A stretch of DNA of 64,000 nucleotides from Macrostomum lignano (GCA_002269645.1 NIVC01002601.1:62001-126000), one strand, 5' to 3'; positions 37,938 to 51,372 are shown, numbered from the stretch's first letter. Program-made: numbers and translations. Notes: a model not told the origin generated them from the letters alone.

Positions 37938-38930
37938 TAAGGACGTCGCCACCGCCCATCTTTGTGACCCGTTATGGAAATCAATATTTTTGCTTCCCAG
38001 GGCGACAAAATATATAGTGCCTACGGCGCTAAAATGAGTGCCTACGGCGCTAAAATGAGTGTCTACGGCGCTAAAATGAGTGCCTACGGCGCTAAAATGA
38101 GTGTCTACGGCGCTAAAATGAGTGCCTACGGCGCTAAAATGAGTGTCTACGGCGCTAAAATGAGTGCCTACGGCGCTAAAATGAGTGTCTACGGCGCTAA
38201 AATGAGTGCCTACGGCGCTAAAATGAGTGCCTACGGCGCTAAAATGAGTGTCTACGGCGCTAAAATGAGTGCCTACGGCGCTAAAATGAGTGCCTGCGGC
38301 GCTAAAATGAGTGCCTACGGCGCTAAAATGAGTGCCTACGGCGCTAAAATGAGTGCCTACGGCGCTAAAATGAGTGCCTGCGGCGCTAAAATGAGTGCCT
38401 ACGGCGCTAAAATGAGTGCCTGCGGCGCTAAAATGAGTATCTGCGGCGCTAAAATGAGTGCCTACGGCGCTAAAATGAGTGCCTACGGCGCTAAAATGAG
38501 TGCCTGCGGCGCTAAAATGAGTGCCTACGGCGCTAAAATGAGTGCCTGCGGCGCTAAAATGAGTGCCTGCGGCGCTAAAATGAGTGCCTACGGCGCTAAA
38601 ATGAGTGCCTGCGGCGCTAAAATAAGTGCCTGCGGCGCTAAAATGAGTGCTTGCGGCGCTAAAATGAGTGCCTGCGGCGCTAAAATGAGTGCCTGGGGCG
38701 CTAAAATGAGTGCCTACGGCGCTAAAATGAGTGCCTGCGGCGCTAAAATGAGTGCCTGTAGCGCTAAAATGAGTGTCTGCGGCGCTAAAATGAGTGCCAG
38801 TAGCGCTACAATGAGCGCTGACAACCTCGATTCTGAAAATAATGTGCATGTAGGAATTTCAAGTCATGTACATGTAGAATTTTTGGCTTTGTACCCCCCC
38901 CCTATCATAGAATCCATGGCGACGCCCCTG
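37938..38930. mobile_element. Non-autonomous hAT-type DNA transposon (MITE), 993 bp, with 14-bp TIRs, an 8-bp TSD and an internal 21-bp array
   Basis: Left TIR TAAGGACGTCGCCA (37938-37951). Right TIR TGGCGACGCCCCTG (38917-38930), whose reverse complement is CAGGGGCGTCGCCA. Flanks CCCTTCAC (37930-37937) and CCTTTCAC (38931-38938) match at 7/8. Confidence 0.8.
38020..38810. repeat. 21-bp array (GCCTACGGCGCTAAAATGAGT) inside the MITE
   Basis: 7-aa period (SAYGAKM), about 37 copies. Confidence 0.97.
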
Positions 38931-39309
38931 CCTTTCACCCACGTCTCAGACGTCTTTTTCATCAACTTCATCCCCTGTTGTGTATCATGCTGGAGCAGAA
39001 AATCATTTTCTTCTTGCAGCTGCTCTCCTTCGATAAAGCTCGAGTCAACGTCGCAGCGCAGAGAGAAAGTCTTGGGAATTTTTATTGGTGGATAATAAAA
39101 TAGAAAAAATTAGCAGTATTGGGGATCTCTTGCTGAGGCCTCTAAATTCTCCAGTTTGCCATAAAATAATATAATAAATTCTAATTTTTATCGCAATTAT
39201 GACTGCCATAATTGCTCTCAAATGTTCTTTTCTCAAAGTTTTATGCACTCGTAGTTTATCCATGGCTACAAATGCTGTGCTGCTCAGGACTGCTCAAAAG
39301 TTAAGGAAA

Positions 39310-40030
39310 AGATGAGACGTGAGACTGAGGCTGAGATGAGACATGAGACTGAGATTAGATATGAGACTAAGATGAGACATGAGACTGAGATGAGATATGA
39401 GACTGAGGCTGAGATGAGACATGAGACTTGAGACATGAGACTGAGATTTGATATTAGATATGAGACTGAGATGAGACATGAGACTGAGATGAGATATGAG
39501 ACTGAGGCTGAGATGAGACATGAGACTTGAGACATGAGACTGAGATTTGATATTAGATATGAGACTGAGATGAGACATGAGACTCAGATGAGATAATAGA
39601 CATGAGACTCAGATGAGATAATAAACATGAGACTCAGATGAGATAATAGACATGAGACTCAGATGAGATAATAGACATGAGACTCAGATGAGATAATAAA
39701 CATGAGACTCAGATGAGATAATAGACATGAGACTCAGATGAGATAATAGACATGAGACTCAGATGAGATAATAGACATGAGACTCAGATGAGATAATAGA
39801 CATGAGACTCAGATGAGATAATAGACATGAGACTCAGATGAGATAATAGACATGAGACTCAGATGAGATAATAGACATGAGACTCAGATGAGATAATAGA
39901 CATGAGACTCAGATGAGATAATAGACATGAGACTCAGATGAGATATAGACATGAGACTCAGATGAGATAATAAATATGAGACTCAGATGAGATAATAAAT
40001 ATGAGACTCTGATGAGATAATAGACATGAG
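39310..40030. repeat. GAGAT/GAGAC-based repeat resolving into a 25-bp unit (CATGAGACTCAGATGAGATAATAGA)
   Basis: gactcag recurs at 39781 and 39806. Confidence 0.94.
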
Positions 40031-40734
40031 GCTGAGATGAGACATGACAGATCAGTGAGTGGTCTCAGTCGCCCACTTCATTTAAAGAGATTCAATCCCA
40101 GCAGATGAGCGAGTGCTGTTTAGAAGAGCTGGTTCACTTTGGTTCAGCGGCGGGATTGCTGTGAAACTACAATGCTAGCCTAACAAGCAGAGATATTTAG
40201 TATTCAAAATTCATGTATAGATAGATAGAGATATAAATCTATACATTCCATATATAGCTCGGTTCTGGGGGGGGGGGGGCTGAGGGTCGGTTCGACAAAT
40301 TCGAGTTTCGCATGCCTGCTGGACTCGAAGTCATTAATAATGAAGGGGCTGCTGAATGAGACAGGAGGTTTACTGTGAGTTGCTCCTCAGCTGCCTAAAG
40401 CCCCTAAACCACCCTAGAAAACCAAGCAATTCAGGCCTTCGGGAACTAAGCGGAAAAGTACATTTTTTCTTGGAAACCTTCCCAGAATTTTCGCACCCGC
40501 AAATCTGCGTTTAATCGATAGCTGCCGCTCTGTCTGTGAGGTCTCAGACCAACTTCTAAATAAATTGAAAATGAACTGCGATCATAGCAGCTGCTCTGAG
40601 GTTTCCTAATTTATTTCTCAGCTGCCAAATCTTATTGCCCTGATCCTAATAGAAGAACTTTTTCGTCGAAATGCAGTAATGAATTTTAATGTACGAGTTT
40701 CCATAGTGAATAATTGTTGTCTACTCACGCTTCA

Positions 40735-41125
40735 GATATGGGCATTCACGCTTGAGATAAAGACATTCACGCATTAACGCTTTAGATTAAGGCATTCACA
40801 CTTAAGATAAAGACATTCACGCTTTAGATCAAGACATTGACACCTACACCTAAGATAAAGGCATTCACGCTTAAGATAAATATATTCACGCTTAAAATGT
40901 ATTCACGCTTTAGATAAAGACATTCACACTTAAGATAAAGTCATTCACACTTAAGATAAAGGCATTCACACTTAAGATAAAGGCATTCACACTTAAGATA
41001 AAGACATTCACACTTAAGATAAAGACATTCACACCTAGGATAAAGACATTCACGCTTTAGATAAAAGTCATCTGCGCTTAAGAAAATACATTCACGATTA
41101 AGATAGAGCATTCACACTGAAAATA
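40735..41125. repeat. Degenerate 21-bp minisatellite (GATAAAGACATTCACACTTAA)
   Basis: cattca recurs at 40984 and 41005. Confidence 0.9.
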
Positions 41126-41464
41126 AAAATAAATGTTGCTTGAAAGCATAGAACTGCATACGCTAAATTAACTTCTCAATATTTTCATATCAAGATCATA
41201 TTTCATTTTCAATTTCAATTTAATTTGATTGAATAACGATCACAGTGGATTAACAGAAATTCACCCTCGTTCTCTATCATAATCTGCAGTATAAAACAGA
41301 CTGGATATTCAAACCAAGCTTCCTTCTGCATAAGTCACGTGATCAAGCAACGAACGAGCAGGATCATTGGGGAACTGTTTGTCCTGTTTACAAAATTCTG
41401 CTTCCGCACCAAAGAGTCTGGGGTTGCTCTCGCAATCAGTTAAATGAAGTGTCCTCAGAGTCTG

Positions 41465-41503
<39 letters not shown>
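41465..41503. repeat. (GAT)n trinucleotide microsatellite
   Basis: About 13 perfect units. Confidence 0.97.
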
Positions 41504-42024
41504 GGGGCATTTACGGTTCAAAGAAAATGTCTACCGGCAATAGACAGGCCTTTTATGATTTCATTTATTATTTAATTTATTAATTTAAGTTTTCCTTCCC
41601 AGAAGGAAACTTCTGGGAATGTTTCCTTCAAGGAGAGGAAGACTTGGGTTTGCCGTCGGGCCCTTGTCTGTTGGGATGAGGTGTTCTACGGATGAACTAA
41701 AAAATATTGTAACGAGTGTCCACGAACCGAGAGCCTCCAGAATCGAAAGAAAAAATACATGCAGTCCTATTGCATAGTTTTATGGCTATTTGTACTATAT
41801 TACATGTATTAATATTATTATATTATTATAAATAGGGCGAGAGAAGACAGCTGTGTGAGGGTACAATAGACAGTCGAGTGGATTGATACTAGTATGCAGT
41901 AGTGCAAAGCCTCTCTACCCGGGCCTTCGGGTCCTTTGAAACTTCACAATAGCAATCCGGCCCGCTCAAGGTTTGAGGGTTTGTGTCTCTTCTCAGCTCT
42001 CTCTCCTCTCCTTTCCTCTCTCAC

Positions 42025-42627
42025 CTGGCGCGCAGGCTTGACTTGGATTCTTTAGCTGGCCCTTAAGGTAAAAGTTTGCCCACCCCTGCAGTAGAGTGTC
42101 GAGTAGATGGATCGAGTAGATGATCGAGTAGAGTGTCGAGTAGATGATCGAGTAGAGTGTCGAGTAGATGATTGAGTAGAGTGTCGAGTAGATGATCGAG
42201 TAGAGTGTCGAGTAGATGATCGAGTAGAGTGTCGAGTAGATGATCGAGTAGAGTGTCGAGTAGATGATCGAGTAGAGTGTCGAGTAGATGATCGAGTAGA
42301 GTGTCGAGTAGATGATCGAGTAGAGCGTTTAGTAGATGATCGAGTTGAGCGTTTAGTAGATGATCGAGTAGAGCGTCGAGTAGATGATGAGTAGAGCGTT
42401 TAGTAGATGATGAGTAGAGTGTCGAGTAGATGATCGAGTAGAGTTTCGAGTAGATGATCGAGTAGAGTTTCGAGTAGATGATCGAGTAGAGCAAATGGTA
42501 TATTCGGTGGTAGTTACTCAAGGTAAGTCATTGTGAGTGAGTGGAGGAGCGGTGAGCTCTCCTCACCTCGTTTGGCACTCCCAACTGAAGTCAGCTTAGG
42601 AGCTAAAGGATGCCTGCCAAAGGGGAG
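42025..42627 (-). CDS. Two putative small coding exons (42627-42567 and 42061-42025) of an unidentified minus-strand gene
   Basis: Acceptor cctttctccgttttcag and donor GAG|GTGAGG bound a 61-nt exon (phase 0 to 1). Acceptor cttttaccttaag and donor CAG|GTGAGA bound a 37-nt exon (phase 1 to 2). The joined frame is open: LPFGRHPLAPKLTSVGSAKRGPAKESKSSLRA. The intervening intron is a 24-bp array. No homology recognised. Confidence 0.4.
42090..42492. repeat. 24-bp minisatellite (TCGAGTAGATGATCGAGTAGAGTG)
   Basis: 8-aa period (LLDTLLDH on the minus strand). Confidence 0.95.
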
Positions 42628-42884
42628 CTGAAAACGGAGAAAGGCTGGTGCCTGCCATGTGAGCAGGCGAGGTGTCTCGCCAGCACTCGTCGGTGCAACT
42701 AATAGACGGAAACGTAGTGTCAAAGTTTGCACTGAGCGTCAGCCGCCAGCTCAGCTGGAAAAGTCAATTATGCATGACGGAGCTGGAGTGACGAGTTTTC
42801 ATCGTCTCCATCAAAGAGCCTGAGCCGATCCTGCTCATGTCTTAGAAAATAGAGAACGCATGGAATCAAACAGAGGTCACGTGC

Positions 42885-44870
42885 TACACTCTCACTTTCA
42901 CCCACTAACCATCTGTCACTCTCGCTTTCACCCACTAACCATCTGTCACTCTCGCTTTCACCCACTAACCATCTGTCACTCTCGCTTTCACCCAATAACC
43001 ATCTGTCACTCTCGCTTTCACCCACTAACCATCTGTCACTCTCGCTTTCACCCAATAACCATCTGTCACTCTCACTTTCACCCAATAACCATCTGTCACT
43101 CTCACTTTCACCCATTAACCATCTGTCACTCTCACTTTCACCCATTAACCATCTGTCACTCTCGCTTTCACCCACTAACCATCTGTCACTCTCGCTTTCA
43201 CCCACTAACCATCTGTCACTCTCGCTTTCACCCACTAACCATCTGTCCCTCTCGCTTTCACCCAATAACCATCTGTCACTATCACTCACTAACCATCTGT
43301 CACTATCACTCACTAACCATCTGTCACTCTCACTCACTAACCATCTGTCACTCTCACTCACTAACCATCTTTCACTCTCACTCTCACCCACTAACCATCT
43401 TTCACTCTCACTTTCACCCACTAACCATCCGTCACTCTCACTCACTAACCATCTGTCACTCTCACCCACTAACCATCTGTCACTCTCACTCACTAACCAT
43501 CTGTCACTCTCACTCACTAACCATCTGTCACTCTCACCCACTAACCATCTGTCACTCTCACTCACTAACCATCTGTCACTCTCACTCACTAAACATCTGT
43601 CACTCTCACTCACTAACCATCTGTCACTCTCACTCACTAACCATCTTTCACTCTCACTCTCACCCACTAACCATCTTTCACTCTCACTTTCACCCACTAA
43701 CCATCCGTCACTCTCACTCACTAACCATCTGTCACTCTCACCCACTAACCATCTGTCACTCTCACTCACTAACCATCCGTCACTCTCACTCACTAACCAT
43801 CTGTCACTCTCACCCACTAACCATCTGTCACTCTCACTCACTAACCATCTGTCACTCTCACCCACTAACCATCTGTCACTCTCACTCACTAACCATCTGT
43901 CACTCTCACTCACTAAACATCTGTCACTCTCACTCACTAACCATCTGTCACTCTCACTCACTAACCATCTGTTACTCTCACTCACTAACCATCTGTCACT
44001 CTCACCCACTAACCATCTGTCACTCTCACCCACTAACCATCTGTCACTCTCGCTCACTAACCATCTGTCACTCTCACTCACTAACCATCTGTCACTCTCA
44101 CTCACTAACCATCTGTCACTCTCACTCACTAACCAACTCTCACTTTCACCCACTAACCATCTTTCACTCTCACTTTCACCCATTAACCATCTGTCACTAT
44201 CACTTTCCCCCACTAACCATCTGTCACTCTCACTTTCACCCACTAAACATTTTTCACTCTCACTTTCACCCACTAACCATCTTTCACTCTCACTTTCACC
44301 CATTAACCATCTGTCACTATCACTTTCCCCCACTAACCATCTGTCACTCTCACTTTCACCCACTAACCATCTTTCACTCTCACTTTCACTCACTAACCAT
44401 CTGTCACTCTCAGTCACTAACCATCTGTCACTCTCACTCACTAACCATCTGTCACTCTCACCCACTAACCATCTGTCACTCTCACTCACTAAAAATCTGT
44501 CACTGTCACTCACCAACCATCTGTCACTCTTACTCACTAACCATCTGTTACTCTCACTCACTAACCATCTGTCACTCTCACTCACTAACCATCTGTCACT
44601 CTCACTCACTAACCATCTGTCACTCTCACTCACTAACCATCTGTCACTCTCACTCACTAACCATCTGTCACTCTCACCCACTAACCATCTGTCACTCTCA
44701 CTCACTAACCATCTGTCACTCTCACTCACTAACCAACTGTCACTCTCACCCACTAACCATCTGTCACTCTCACTCACTAACCATCTGTCACTCTCACTCA
44801 CTAACCAACTGTCACTCTCACTCACTAACCATCTGTAACTCTCACTCACTAACCATCTGTCACTCTCACT
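42885..44870. repeat. 24/30-bp minisatellite (CACTCTCACTCACTAACCATCTGT and variants)
   Basis: Periods of 8 and 10 aa in both long ORFs; length variants differ by 6-bp steps. Confidence 0.96.
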
Positions 44871-45344
44871 ACCCTAAGTTTTTATCCCCTGCCCCTAGCC
44901 AAATAATCCCAATCCCCAGTTTCAAAGCCACGAGCCAGCAAAAGCAGAAGACAATGCATCCTCTCTGTAAGCCCAGTGCAGGGCCACATCCTTCCTGCAG
45001 AAACAGACTTTCCTCATTCATCTTTCCATAGGCACAATTTCCCTTTTAGTCGGTGCTTCAGCCCATTGTAAAAACGGACCACGCGGTCAGCCTCCGCTTC
45101 CTCAAAGCAAGGATCTGGCAGGAAGTGCTCGGGAATTTCTGGCAAAGTTTTTTATTAAAGAAAAAATTGCTATTAAAGGTTTGAACAGGGACTTCGTCAT
45201 AGCAACTAGCTCTTTCCTTCTTGGTCTATGGAATTCCGTGCTACAAGACTTCAAGAGGAACTTCGAAATCTTCTAAAAATCTTCGATTTTTCTATACCCG
45301 AATGACGGTTGAATTACCAGCTAGGAGACAAAGCAGTTTTCATT

Positions 45345-45600
45345 CCGAATTCTTGATAATAGCTGTTCATGGTTCAATCCGGTATAGTAGTTTCCATTCC
45401 AGAATCTTGAATATAGCTGTCCATGGTTCAATCCGGTATAGTAGTTTCCATTCCAGATTCTTGAATATAGCTGTCCATGGTTCAATCCGGTACAGTAGTT
45501 TCCATTCCAGATTCTTGAATATAGCTGTCCATGGTTCAATCCGGTACAGTAGTTTCCATTCCAGATTCTTGAATATAGCTGTCCATGGTTCAATCCGATA
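45345..45600. repeat. 54-bp tandem repeat, about 5 copies
   Basis: 18-aa period (IAVHGSIRYSSFHSRFLN). Confidence 0.93.
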
Positions 45601-46339
45601 TACATGGAGTACGAGCTAGTTTACAGTTCAGACTCTAGCCTCCATTCTAGAAGCTAGATTTTAGTAGCCCATGGTCTGCTCAGTAGTCCATGTTCAGCAC
45701 CCAATGCCGACTCCTTATCGGTTCCCCGGTGAGCCTTTCATGTTTTTAATCGGAATGCCCCGCTGACAAAAAATAAAATATCCCCCAATGACCGAGAGAA
45801 AGCACCAGACGGAGAACTGAAGGAAAAGCCGAGCACTTTAATGACAAATATGACCGTGAATAGCGATATGCATAATAATGAATTAATGCGCCGCTATCAG
45901 CGTCATCAACTAGAAAAAAATCATGAGGAGAAGTGGACCCTCCTCTGTCTGGGAAAATTTCACATATTTACATATTAATGAGTCACTGGTGAATAGAGTC
46001 TTAGATTAAAAAAAACACAAAATATTTTTACAATGGTTTGAAGCCGACTAACAAAGTAAAGCGAGCGCCTGATGTCCATCTTCAAAGCTCAATAATTCGT
46101 GAATTGCAGCAGCAAACAAAGTGAAATATTTAAATCTGTGCTTTGCTTCTTAAATATAGGTTTTTGTTCTTTACTGTAACTCTGTGGTAGGAAATAGACT
46201 CTAGTATTGCCAATCTGAGATAAATAGCTATTAACACCATCCCACATCCCCAGTTGCTGGGCCAGCCTCCCATGCAGATCCTCAGTTGCTGGGCCAGCCT
46301 CTCAATCAGCTGAGCACTCCAGCGCAGTGCATCGCAGGC

Positions 46340-46808
46340 TCAGACGAGGCCGTCGTCCTCACCAACCCGCCGGCTGTCTTTCTCCAGCTGTTCATCAGCA
46401 AGTCGGTAGTCGCCAGCAACCGGCTTCAGAAGCTGCAGACTGCAGGCCGCCTCGTCCTCTCGCCGCTGCCGCGGTGGCGAGGCATCTCGAGCGGGGCCGC
46501 CCCGGCGCGTAGAGGTCCTCCAGGTGCGGGTCCGCTGCGACCGCAACGAGCTGCGCACCGTCCGGGCCAGCGATTTCAAATCGCCAACAAAAAGCGAGGA
46601 TGTGGTGCTGAATATGAAGAAGTGGGTCAGGTGGTTCAGCCGTTCAAGAATCTTCCAGGCGAACTCCAGTCTGGTGCACTTGGTGCCGTTCTCGGCGAAG
46701 TTGCAGGCGTCGCTGACCCCCAGGTACCAAATGACGATGGGCGAAGTGAACAGCAGGTGGCACAGCGCCATGCAGAACACGGTGCAGAATATCTTGTTAG
46801 ACGCGCGT
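46340..46808 (-). CDS. Divergent class A peptide GPCR (FMRFamide-receptor/srw/GPR139-142-like), exon 2 (TM6-TM7 and tail)
   Basis: Acceptor aacgccacag (46814-46809); the phase-2 join gives GPTGR|RASNKIFCTVFCMALCHLLFTSP. TM7 is ILERLNHLTHFFIF. Confidence 0.88.
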
Positions 46809-46817
46809 CTGTGGCGT

Positions 46818-48064
<1,247 letters not shown>

Positions 48065-48074
48065 GAGAACCCTA

Positions 48075-48782
48075 ACTCTCACACCCCAGCTACAGGCAAC
48101 TCTGACACCCCAGCTACAGTCTATTCTGACACCCCAGCTACAGTCTATTCTGACACCCCAGCTACAGTTTATTCTGACACCCCAGCTGCAGTCTATTCTG
48201 ACACCCCAGCTGCAGTCTATTCTGACACCTCAGCTACAGTCTATTCTGACACCCCAGCTACAGTCTATTCTGACACCCCAGCTCCAGTCTTATCTGACAC
48301 CCCAGCTACAGTCTATTCTGACACCCCAGCTACAGTCTATTCCGACACCCCAGCTACAGTCTTATCTGACACCCCAGCTACAGTCTATTCGGACACCCCA
48401 GCTACAGTCTATTCTGACACCCCAGCTACAGTCTATTCTGACACCCCAGCTACAGTCTTATCTGACACCCCAGCTACAGTCTATTCTGACACCCCAGCTA
48501 CAGTCTATTCTGACACCCCAGCTACAGTCTATTCTGACACCCCAGCTACAGTCTATTCTGACACCACAGCTACAGTCTATTCTGACACCCCAGCTACAGT
48601 CTATTCTGACACCCCAGCTACAGTCTATTCCGACACCCCAGCTACAGTCTTATCTGACACCCCAGCTACAGTCTATTCTGACACTCCAGCTACAGTCTAT
48701 TCTGACACCCCAGCTACAGTCTATTCTGACACCCCAGCTACAGTCTATTCTGACACTCCAGCTACAGTCTATTCTGACACCC
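48075..48782. repeat. 24-bp minisatellite (ACACCCCAGCTACAGTCTATTCTG) in the GPCR intron
   Basis: 8-aa period (LTPQLQSI); it starts about 4 nt after the donor GT. Confidence 0.97.
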
Positions 48783-48786
48783 TCAC

Positions 48787-49556
48787 CTTCCAGTCGGACC
48801 TCCGCCGCCGCCACCGTTGCCGCTGCGCCCGCTGCGCGCCGCGGCGCTCCTGTCGGCATTGGCGATGGACGCAGTGGACGCCGCTCCGTGCCTTCGCCGG
48901 CGCTGGCCCAGCTTAGCCACGATAACCCCGTTGGTACCCACAATCAGAGCGAACGGCACGTAGGAGTAGATCAGAGAGTCCAGAGTGTGAAAGTGCCAGG
49001 ACAAATGCTTGAATCGTTTGTCGGCATCGCAGAGCTGGCCGGGCTCGATAATGACCAGCAGGTAGAGATTGCAGGCGGCCGAGAGAGCCCCGGCCACCAG
49101 GAGGGCAATGAGGCCGTTCCGCTGCTTGCACAGCACTCGCATGTCAAACGGGCGCAGTACGCAGACCAGCCGTTCGCAGCACATCAAGCAGATGATCCAA
49201 ACCGAATAGGTGCTCAGCCAGGTGTACAAGAACATTGGCGCTCGGCAGCCGAGCAGCGGCCGAATGTCAACGCAGGCGACGGTCATGAGCAGGTGGCGGA
49301 GGCAGCCCTGCACCAGGACGAGGGTGTCCACGATGCAGAGGCTGGTTAGGAGCAGAGCGGTGGAGCCGCGAGAGTCGTACATTCGACGAGACCAGAGCAC
49401 GCTGGAGACGACATTGGCTGGGACGCCAATGACCAGAAACAGCAGGGGGTAGATTAACAGCAGGTAGCGGACCACCGCGTCTCCGTCTTGACCGTTGAAA
49501 ATTGATGTATAGTTGGAACCCCGCTGTGAACAGTTTGGCAGCTTCATCTTGTCCAT
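48787..49556 (-). CDS. Divergent class A peptide GPCR, exon 1 (TM1-TM5); total 412 aa
   Basis: ATG in a caccATGG context at 49556 (the ORF-track start at 49598 is TTG). N-glycosylation sites NCS and NYT. IYPLLFLVIGVPANVVS, STALLLTSLCIVDTLVL, CCERLVCVLRPF, LIYSYVPFALIVGTNGVIV. Donor AG|GTGAGG at 48786. Confidence 0.9.
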
Positions 49557-49859
49557 GGTGAACTTGATGCCGAGAAATTGAGTTGTCTCTGTGCTCAATG
49601 CCAGTGTTTGGACTGAGCCGGCGCTTTAATGCCCGGCATACCGGCTTGCTCGATTGGCTGTCCAAGGGAAGCGGTGGATTGCTGAGCAGTTGCGTAATTA
49701 ATTTGTACTGAAGTTGTGCTAATTTTTACTGATAGTAGAGTATTTAGCAAATTTTGTTTCGTGAGGGGCTTGTCTCGTAGTTTAGTTTTTCCGTGCCCTG
49801 CGGAGACACTGAGCACTCCGTCCGGAAGCTAAACACTATATTGGAGACTTTATCTAGAA

Positions 49860-51372
49860 ACTAGCAGCTACTGCAGTATCTAGAGACTAAACCCTCTATC
49901 TAGAGAATAAACACAACCATCTAGGACTAAACAATATCTAGAGGCTAAACACTCCATTTAGGGACTAAACACTCTGTTTAGCGACTAAACACTATCAAGA
50001 GACAACACTCTATCTAGAGACTAAGCACTCTATCTAGAGACTAAGCACTCCATCTGGAGACTAAGCCCTCTATCTGGAGACTAAACACTCTATCTGGAGA
50101 CTAAGCACTCTATCTGGAGACTAAGCACTCTATCTGGAGACTAAACACTCTATCTGGAGACTAAGCACTCTATCTGGAGACTAAGCACTCTATCTGGAGA
50201 CTAAGCACTTTATCTGGAGACTAAGCACTCTATCTGGAGACTAAGCACTCTATCTGGAGACTAACAACAAAAACAAAGTACGCAGCAGCGCATGCAAGGT
50301 CACATTTAGAGCAGGGTGCGTCAGATGGCGCGCCGCAGAGCCTGGGAGCGGATGAAGTCCGCTCCGTTGGCAGTGTCGGGCGCCCCAGTGTCGCACAGCA
50401 GGCAGTCCACGTATCGACGGGTTTGGGCCTGACCCCCCCCCCCTGAACGGACCCTGCAAGGTGAGCAGCAGGACGTCCTGAACAGGTTGGGGGCAGTAGC
50501 CCTCGGCCCGGATCACGTGGCCCGCCAGTTGAAGTCGCCGCCGCGCCGCTGCAGCTTGGCCCGATCGTACAGGGCCTCGGTCCCGACGCTCTCGTCAGCT
50601 CGAAAGGCCGCAGGGAGCAGCCCTGAGTGCGCCGAGTCCAGCTGCCGCTCTAGCGTGGCCGTCAGCGTCCACGTCTCGGCGTTGCATAGCAGGACGGTTT
50701 CGACCACCGCCTGCCACAGCCGAGCCCTCTGGCGGTCGGGCAGCGCTTCGGACTGGAGGACGGCCCGGATCGAACGGAAGACCGCCCAGGCAAGTCCTCT
50801 GCGCCGCCGGAGGTCCTCTTCCACGTACGTGGGGCACCAGACCGCCGAGGTAGGTGAACCGCTGGCAGCGTGCGAGCCTGGTGGTCTGCCCGTCTGCGCC
50901 GCGGCACGTCAGGTCCGCTGGGATGTCGGCCGGCACAGTCAGCACCTCGGTCTTCAGCGTGTTGATGATCAGACCGATGCTCGATTCCACCTCGACCAGC
51001 CTGTCGATTTGGCGCTGGGCGCCTTCAACGGATGAGGACAGGAGGGCGAGGTCGTCGGCGTAGCCAAGCACGCTTAGGCGCTTTTCGCTGTGGCGGCGAC
51101 CGATGCGTCTGCGCAGCAGGAAGCCGTCGTCAGCCGAGGGGAGTGCGGTCCGAAGCATCCAGTCCAGCAGCAGCACGAAGAGGAACTGCGCCAGCGTGTC
51201 GCTCTGGCAGAGCCAGGCACTGCTAGGCTTAGAGACTAAAAACTCTATCTAGAAACTGAGCACTCTTATCTAGAGACTATAAGAACTATCTAGAGTCTAA
51301 GCACTTTATTCTAGAGACTAAACACTCTATCTGAGGCTAAACACTAACTAGTAGAGTCTAGGCTCTGTCTAG
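49860..51372. repeat. 20-bp minisatellite (CTAAGCACTCTATCTGGAGA) split by the RTE insertion (49860-50264 and about 51228-51372)
   Basis: Exact 20-bp register at 50041-50260; related degenerate units resume after the LINE. Confidence 0.9.
50265..51210 (-). mobile_element. 5'-truncated, frameshifted RTE-like LINE (RT C-terminal half and 3' end)
   Basis: DTLAQFLFVLLLDWMLR, LGYADDLALL (YADD), KTEVL, FTYLGGLV, RARLWQAVVETVLLCNAETWTLT. A 4-bp ACGT duplication near 50823-50830 shifts the frame. TTG-rich tail at about 50265-50277. Confidence 0.9.

Noticed and set aside
37908-39095. 373-aa and 313-aa ORFs (SAYGAKM and THFSAVG repeats)
   Set aside because: They are translations of the array inside the MITE; no transposase similarity.
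42056-42067. Possible 12-nt plus-strand microexon (tttag|CTGGCCCTTAAG|gtaaaa)
   Set aside because: No partner exons were found, and the same bases are better explained by the minus-strand 37-nt exon with stronger splice signals.
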